A stretch of DNA of 64,000 nucleotides. Source: Vicugna vicugna. Lineage: Eukaryota. The position numbers and the translations under genes were made by a program. The notes under the pieces were generated by a model that saw only the letters and a program-made list of their open reading frames with translations, was not told the origin of the DNA and made no database searches. Numbering within the stretch: the stretch's first letter is position 1; every line of letters starts with the position of its first letter. Of this stretch, positions 57,781 to 64,000 are shown one piece after another. The DNA is taken from NCBI GenBank assembly GCA_013265495.1, contig MU058009.1, positions 2,296,001 through 2,360,000 of the forward strand, read 5' to 3'.

Positions 57781-60245
57781 GACATTCTTACAATAACTAT
57801 GTGTTCTTTGACGGCACCTTGAAACAAGGTAAAGCACCAACTCAAATATTAGCCAGCTTCTCCCCTCTGCTCTCCTATCCTCTGACACCAGGAGAGAAGG
57901 GGTGGTGCGCCCGGCTCGGACCTGTAACGTAAGACTCAAAACCCCCGAATCTTCGACTCATTTGGTCTTGGAGCCAAAATTAACACAGCCATGGACAGAA
58001 ATGCTGGGAAATCTCAGAGAGGTTCTTGGAGAGCCAGCTTCTGGGAGCGGATACGCCTGGTCTCACCGACACGGTCAGGCCCACTTGGGGGCAGGCCCCT
58101 GAGGAAGACGTGTCTGGCGCAGAGTTCTCAGGCTTCCTGTCTGGGCCTTCCGTTCCGAGTGACGATCATGGCTCTGGGAAGAGGTGGCAGCTGCCGGCGG
58201 GCAGCTCTCCCATCCCTCGCCCACCAGGTGTTCTTCCCAGCAACTACAGCAGCTTGGCAGGGAGTGCCACGCGGGTGCTGGGATGGGCAAAGAGGAGCAG
58301 CTCCCTCTCCTCTGCGGTCCAGGTGTCAACAGATGGGTTAGGGATCTGCCCCTCCCTTAACAAATAGGGCTTTTACAGGCTGAGTAATCCCCATGGGATA
58401 AGCCAGACTGTCAGTTATCCAACTTTCCCAGCCAGGGTCTAACCTCCTCAGTCCTGGATCACAGAGCCAGTCCCAATTCTTGTAAGGAGCAGTGTTTCTA
58501 GGAGGCAGGCCATCCACGGGGCAGCTGTGAGGCTCACGGCCCCCACCACGGGGTTACACACAGGGAGCCGAGCACCCCCGGGAGCTGCCACTCGTCCTCT
58601 AAATGCCCCTCTTAGGCAAGTGCCCTGCTTCAGTTCCCAGGTCATTGTGCTCACAGTTCTGGGCAGATGCAGCCCATCCCCCAGTCCAGCCCGGAGATGA
58701 GAGTGAAACTGCTGATGAGATGGTTGAAGGAAGGAAAGCACTCCTTTGCTGAGAATGGCCTCAGCCCAGACCTCTCCATCCTTCCCCTGACTGCCTTCTA
58801 GCCTCCGTGAAACAGGCCAGGGACAGGCTCTCGGGCCCTTCTCCTCTTTCTTCTGATTCTTCAAGCACCGGGCCAGGCGCTGTTCAAAGGCGCAACGGAC
58901 AAACCCCCTCACGTCGAGGGGGGACAGCAGAGCTAATTGCCTGGCCCAGCCCGCGGCGGCGGCCGCCTGGCTCAGGAGGGACACGCTTCAGGACAGCACG
59001 CACGGACTTGGCCTTCAACAAGCACCTGACTGAGAAGGACCGATGACGATGAGAGAACTTTCTGGATCTTTGGAGCCCAGAAAGCAGCCGAGAATCTGGG
59101 AGGCCAGCAAAGCAACCCTCTTGGCGTGGTCACCCCCCCGCGCCCCCCCACCCCCGCATCAGAAGCACTGGAGTCTTCACTCACACAGCCTGCTGTTCGG
59201 CCGGGTCACGCGGGGGTCAGCCGTCAGTCCCCAGCCACGGGGCACCTCACCTGTGACTTAGTCAGAATCTCCTGGGGTTTTATCTACCAGGCAATGAATT
59301 GGCACTTTTCAATGAGGAGTGACTACCAGGCCTTTCAGAGCCTCATTAAGCTCCGTGACTTCATGACTCTCCTCTTTAATGGAAGTAAAAGCCGTTTAAG
59401 TGGCCACAGCTGCCAGGAACTTGGGTAAAAGAGCGAAACTTTCCGAGCAGGTCGGGGAGCAGCAGCAGCGCTAATCTGGGCCCGCCGCCCTCCCCTGCCC
59501 CTATCTGGCTTGTTTTGACAGCTCCCAGAGCCGGTCCCACGGGGAGAGAGGCCTGCTGCTCCTTTCCCTTTTCTCCAGTCCGTCGTTTGCCGCAGGGGGA
59601 AGGAAGGAACAATCAAGCATTGTCTAGTTCTGGCCCGGTGTGTCAGGGCCTTTTGGAATAAATATTATTTGCCTGGGAGGGGAACTGGCTGGGAGTCAGC
59701 TCACGGGCATATGTAAGGGCTGGCGTATGTAAGGAGAGGGAAGGCAGTGATGTTTGGGTTTGGTTTTATTATGAGTTTAATCTCTTCCTTCTTAGTTCTG
59801 CAGATCCCCCCCTGCACCCCCACCAGGCCATCAAGCGTGAAGCCTGTGTTGCACAGGGGCTCGGCCAAGAGGAAACAAAAGCGAGTTTCCGCAGCGTGGG
59901 CCCTGGGTCACTCCCCGTCCAGCTTCCGGCGAGCAGAGGGTGCGTGTTCCGGGGACTCTCCCAGGCTGAGAGGCACACTTTGGAGTGTTCCACCGGCCGT
60001 ACAGCCCCTCCACACCCAGATGTGGTTTGAGGCTCTGCCCTTAGCTCCGCAGCACGTACTGCCAGGACGGCAGCCCCCTCGGTGGGTCTGGGGGGACGGG
60101 GCCCCAGACACCCCAGCCCGGCAGCACGTACCGAACTCCTACCGTGTGCCGTTCACCAGGGCTCAGGGTACTGCCTGTCACCTCTCCCCCTTGTCTCCTG
60201 CCTTCCAGAGCCCCACACCTCTCCAGAACAAAGAACTGAAGGCCA

Positions 60246-60349
60246 GGGCTGGGGGGTGAGTTTAGCTCAGTGGCAGAGCACATGCTTAGCATGCACAAGG
60301 TCCTGGGTTCAATCCCCAGCACCTCCGTTTAAAAAAGAAAGAAAGAAAG
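60246..60349 (+). mobile_element. Vic-1-type camelid SINE with TSD
   Basis: tttagctcagtggcagagcacatgcttagcatgcacaaggtcctgggttcaatccccagcacctcc (A and B boxes), (GAAA)n tail, TSD aaagaactgaaggcca (60230-60245) / aaagaaccaaaggcca (60350-60365). Confidence 0.92.
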
Positions 60350-60485
60350 AAAGAACCAAAGGCCAATCACTGAATATGAGAGAGACATTTGAGGGGCTGC
60401 TCCAGAACGGCCAAGCCCCTGACCATCTCAGGAGGAGTGGGTAGGAAACACAGGGCCTCACTGCCTGGGACAGCCACCAAGCCAC

Positions 60486-60614
60486 GGGGCAGTGAAGGAG
60501 TACCTCTGCCATGCAGTCAGAAGTCCCCCGTTCCTAACCACAAACCTTTCCTCCATCCTTGAAATCCATTCTGGGTACAAACCACCTACCCAACAGCTGT
60601 AACAGTAACTACCA
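60486..60614 (+). repeat. 129-bp local direct repeat, copy 1
   Basis: Aligns without gaps to 61373-61501; 18 mismatches by hand count. Confidence 0.92.
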
Positions 60615-61199
60615 ATGGCTAAGAACTTAGTGTATGTTGGGCACTGTACTAAGGACACTAAGCGTATCATCTCATTTAACAGGGTGGCACGGGTTCAGTC
60701 TGATCCCACAGGTGGGCAATGACGCCTAGAGCGGGTCTGGAACTCGCCCAGGCCTACGCAGCTACTAAGAAGGCTTCAAACCCACCCCACCTGCCTCTAG
60801 TCTTAACTGCTCAGAGGCACAGGCCAGAAGTGGGTACAGATTTGGAAAACGCTCCCACACGCCGGACCACCTCCCCCTGTCAGCCGGGACACACCTCTGT
60901 CAAGGAGGGAGCACTCTGGGGCCCTGGCTCTTCAGGCCATCCTGCCCCCTTCACGCATCGGGGAGCCTTTGCTCCCAGAAGGCAGAGACTCTGTGCACTT
61001 GACTTAATTACTTTTGTATACGGAATAGTTCAGTGCTCTGCTCAATACCACATACAATTAGAGGTTTAATACTTGTTTTTTTAAGGGTGATAAAGATCTC
61101 ACCTGCCCAGCCAGTGAAATAAACGTTACCTCCCCCATCCCAAGGAGAAACAAAGAGCCAGAGGAGGCCAAGCCATCCCAGGCACTCTGCGCAGCGCGT

Positions 61200-61590
61200 G
61201 GAGAGCATGGGCATGTGAGTCCGTAGACCTGGCTTTGGATCCTGGCTCAGCCACACAGCGGCTGGGTGCCTGTGGCAGCCAGCTGACCCAGTGAGACTGA
61301 GTTTCTCCAAATGTGGGGGCAGGTCTCAACACAATAACCTTAAAGGTTATCGTGAAGATTAGGTGAGAAAAAGGGGCAGTGAAGGGGTGCCTCGGCCATG
61401 CTTTCAAAAGTCCCCCTTTCCTAACCATAAACTTTTCCTTCATCCTTAAAATCCATTCTGGATACAAACCACCCACCTGACAGCTGTAACAAGAACTATC
61501 ACTGAAAGCTTAAAGGTTGCTGTGAAGAGGTGAGCTCACAAAGCTGCCTGACCACCGCGCAGAGCGGGTGCTCAACGTCAGCTTCCTTAC
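61200..61590 (+). mobile_element. MIR SINE interrupted by the duplicated segment
   Basis: agagcatgggc...agacctggctttggatcctggctcagccac...tgagtttctccaaatgtg...aaggttatcgtgaagattaggtgag; resumes at ~61509. Confidence 0.7.
61373..61501 (+). repeat. 129-bp local direct repeat, copy 2 (inside a MIR)
   Basis: Matches copy 1 and is flanked on both sides by cttaaaggtt..gtgaaga..ggtgag. Confidence 0.92.
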
Positions 61591-62379
61591 CCAGCGCGTC
61601 GTCCTTTTCCAGGGCGCTCTCATCACGAAAGAATCTGGATTCACGCCTGCCTTGGGGACATCCCCACCAGCACACACTGCTGGCACTCTCAGTGCCTGTT
61701 TCTGCGCCTGTAAAACGGGAAGAAACAAATGACTGAACGTAAAGTCCTCAGAAGGGCGCCTAGGACATACCGGTTATCAAATAGATTATTTCATAAACGT
61801 TGTTGTTATTGCTATTATTCCCTCTCAGTTTTGTGAGGAGTAAATGAGGTGATGAATGTGCGAGCACGTCATAAGCTGCCAGGTTAAGAGATGAACACTA
61901 CGTATGCTGAGGTGACAGGGGAAAAGACCTGGCTTCAGATGATGGATCTGAAGCAACTCAAAACCCTCAACACAAAACACAAAACTACTCCTCCAAAATG
62001 CAATCATTCACCTTCTGTTTGTCTGTCTGTTCTCTTCCAGTTTCAGACCAGATCTTTCACATTGTGTATCTAGCTGTCTGCATTTCACTGAGGTCCCCTC
62101 CATCACTGCACGCCGTGGGCACGGTTAAAGCAGCAGCCCCTGAGCTAAGCAGTCCTTGAGTGTCTTCGCGTGAACAGAGAACACAACGGGGCTCTGTCTC
62201 TCCTTCCCGGGGAATCCAGGTGCGATCTTTCCTGACAGTCCGGAGGAACCAGGCGGGCAAGCCACCCAGGGAGGGGGAGCCGCTGCTAGCTGATTAATAG
62301 CTGTTAGCCCAATAGTACCACCCCTCAAGTCTTGTAGCAAAAATTCATGACCCATATTAGGCCTGACTGAGAATGTGTC

Positions 62380-62780
62380 TGGTCAGTCAGCCAAACGAGA
62401 GACACTGAGAGCGACTTGGTGCCCAGCACCGAGCTGGAAACCATGGGGTGAAAAAGGGAAATCCCTTTGCCATGGTCCCTGCCCTTACGGAGGTCAGTCT
62501 GTTGGGATAAGACAGGTGAAAGTGAACGAACGAGAGAATGATAACAGGCAGCCGTACAGTGCAGGGTTAGAGCTTAACGCACAGAATGTAAGCGCTGGAG
62601 TACAGAGTAAAAGGCGATGGAGGAAGGCTTGAGGGAGAAGAAAAGGCTCGTGCAGGAAGAGGTCTGTCAGCTGGGCCCTGACGGGTGTGTAGGAGTCGCA
62701 TGGGGGGCAGCATTCCAAGTTGGAGAAGCTCTGAGAGAAATCCAGGGGGTAGAAGGGCTGTTTATAGCGCACAGGCGAAA
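62380..62780 (-). mobile_element. L2 3' fragment
   Basis: gtcagtcagccaaac...cactgag...gtgcccagcaccgagctgg...catggtccctgcccttacggagg...gctgggccctgacgggtgtgtaggag. Confidence 0.6.
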
Positions 62781-63229
62781 GCGGCAAGTCTGGAGCAGAG
62801 AAGGTGCATCCTAATTCCCAAACTTACCCTGCTTTGCAAGAACCAGGAGAATGAATTTCTACTAATTAACGCTAGTTGAAGGTGGTCTGGTTTGTCCTAT
62901 CTTGCCTCCCACGTTAGCTATACACGAACTTTATCAAGTAACTTAATCCCTCTGAGAGTCGCTCTCCTCCCGTGAAATGAGGATGGCAATACACGTCCAA
63001 CACAGTCACTGTGGGAAGTCTCTCTGCGTGAGGAGAGTCCGAGGAACCGGCGCTGACAGACAGGCGACGTGGGAAATTCTCCCAGGTGCCGGGTCCGTGG
63101 CTCCCCGCTCAGGTTCACCTGAGTTCTCTTTGTCCAGCTGCAGACACTGATCCACGGGGGTGCCTGAGAAGCCTGCCTCTCCCCACCCACACCCCCTACC
63201 CCAAAAGCACGACTGCCCCGATCGCCTGG

Positions 63230-64000
63230 GGACAGAACGGATACCCTCCACATGGGCCGGGCCCTTCGGAGCCGGGCTTTCTGAACCGAGCCAGGGGTCC
63301 TGACCAGGGACGGGGACTCCCCTGCTGCCTAGCCACTCTCGTCTCTCTCCTCGGCAGGACAGGGAGGTGAGAACGGCCTAAGGGCAACTGCTCAGAAGTA
63401 CTGACTGGCCCAGGGAAACCAAGCTGGCGGGGAGGGAGCCGCCCCAGATCCGAGCGCAGCTGAGAGAGGCGCTCCAGCAAGAACCGAGCCTGTTTGGGGG
63501 CAGAGGCGGCGGCGGCTCCGCGGGAACGCGCAGACCGCCGCCTGAAACGCCATGGAAGAGGCGCTAACCCACAGCCCCGAGGGCCGGGCCCTCGGCCTGG
63601 TTTCAGGGCCCTGAGCCCAAGTTTCGGCCACAGACCCAGGGCCGAGGCTGTTCCCAAAGTGCTTGATCATTGTTCCCCCGCCTGGCCCAGCCCCGCGCTC
63701 TGCGCACCTGCCCGCTCCTCCCATCCGGCCGCCCGGACGGAATCGCCGAGAAGGGAGCCGGCAGCCCGGCGAGGCCCCTGCGGTCCGGGGACGCTGCCCC
63801 GCCTGCCCGCGTTCCCCCCGGGCGGACCCGCGCGGCTGTGCGGGCGGAGGGGGGCCCGCGCCGGCCTCCTGCCTTCCTCCCCCGCCAGGGAGCGCCCCCC
63901 GCACCTGCGCGCCCGGCAGGGCGTGCGCGTGAGCGCGTATATGACCCCGTCTGCGTACGTGTGTGTGCGCGTGAGCACGAGAGGGGGCTGTGCGCACGTG
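63230..64000. promoter_or_regulatory. CpG island, truncated by the window edge (promoter- or enhancer-like)
   Basis: Very high GC and CpG density, GC boxes (gggcgg, ccccgcc), NRF1-like gcgtgcgc (63921-63928) and E-box cacgtg (63995-64000). No recognisable coding exon. Confidence 0.8.

Noticed and set aside
60246..60330. tRNA-like sequence with A and B boxes (also at 23300-23376 and 48695-48776)
   Set aside because: A-rich tail, TSD and no proper acceptor stem: a SINE, not a tRNA gene.
60458..61476. Two ORFs sharing GGLYPEWI.RM.E.F.VR.GGLL.AW, suggesting a duplicated exon or peptide gene
   Set aside because: Explained by the 129-bp DNA duplication; many substitutions change amino acids and no splice structure is evident.
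63392..63997. 201-aa Gly/Arg/Ala/Pro-rich ORF
   Set aside because: By-product of CpG-island composition; no family similarity I can recognise.
63230..64000. Assigning the CpG island to TMEM45B or another named gene
   Set aside because: No exon sequence in the window supports any gene name.

Overview
Mammalian genomic DNA, almost certainly a camelid (camel or alpaca lineage), judged from three tRNA-derived Vic-1-type SINEs and a camelid-type L1 3' end. The only protein-coding sequence I can support is the last exon of the homeobox gene BARX2 (263-529, + strand, missing from the ORF track), followed by its 3' UTR and polyadenylation signals. The other ~62.7 kb is gene-free downstream DNA. It holds layered transposon fossils (L1, L2, MIR, MLT1/MLT2/LTR16/LTR33, MER5, a probable hAT-Charlie transposase remnant, a young solo LTR), repeat-free islands rich in homeodomain motifs (candidate BARX2 enhancers) and a CpG island cut off by the right edge. 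I do not see a new multi-gene system. The most notable items are a motif-intact solo LTR with a CCAAT array and two octamers, two local templated-copy events (an 89-bp inverted copy inside an L1, and a 129-bp direct copy inserted into a MIR with a flanking duplication), and a twin-primed inverted L1 carrying a nested SINE. Repeat subfamily names come from recalled consensus sequences, not from a search, and most repeat boundaries are approximate.
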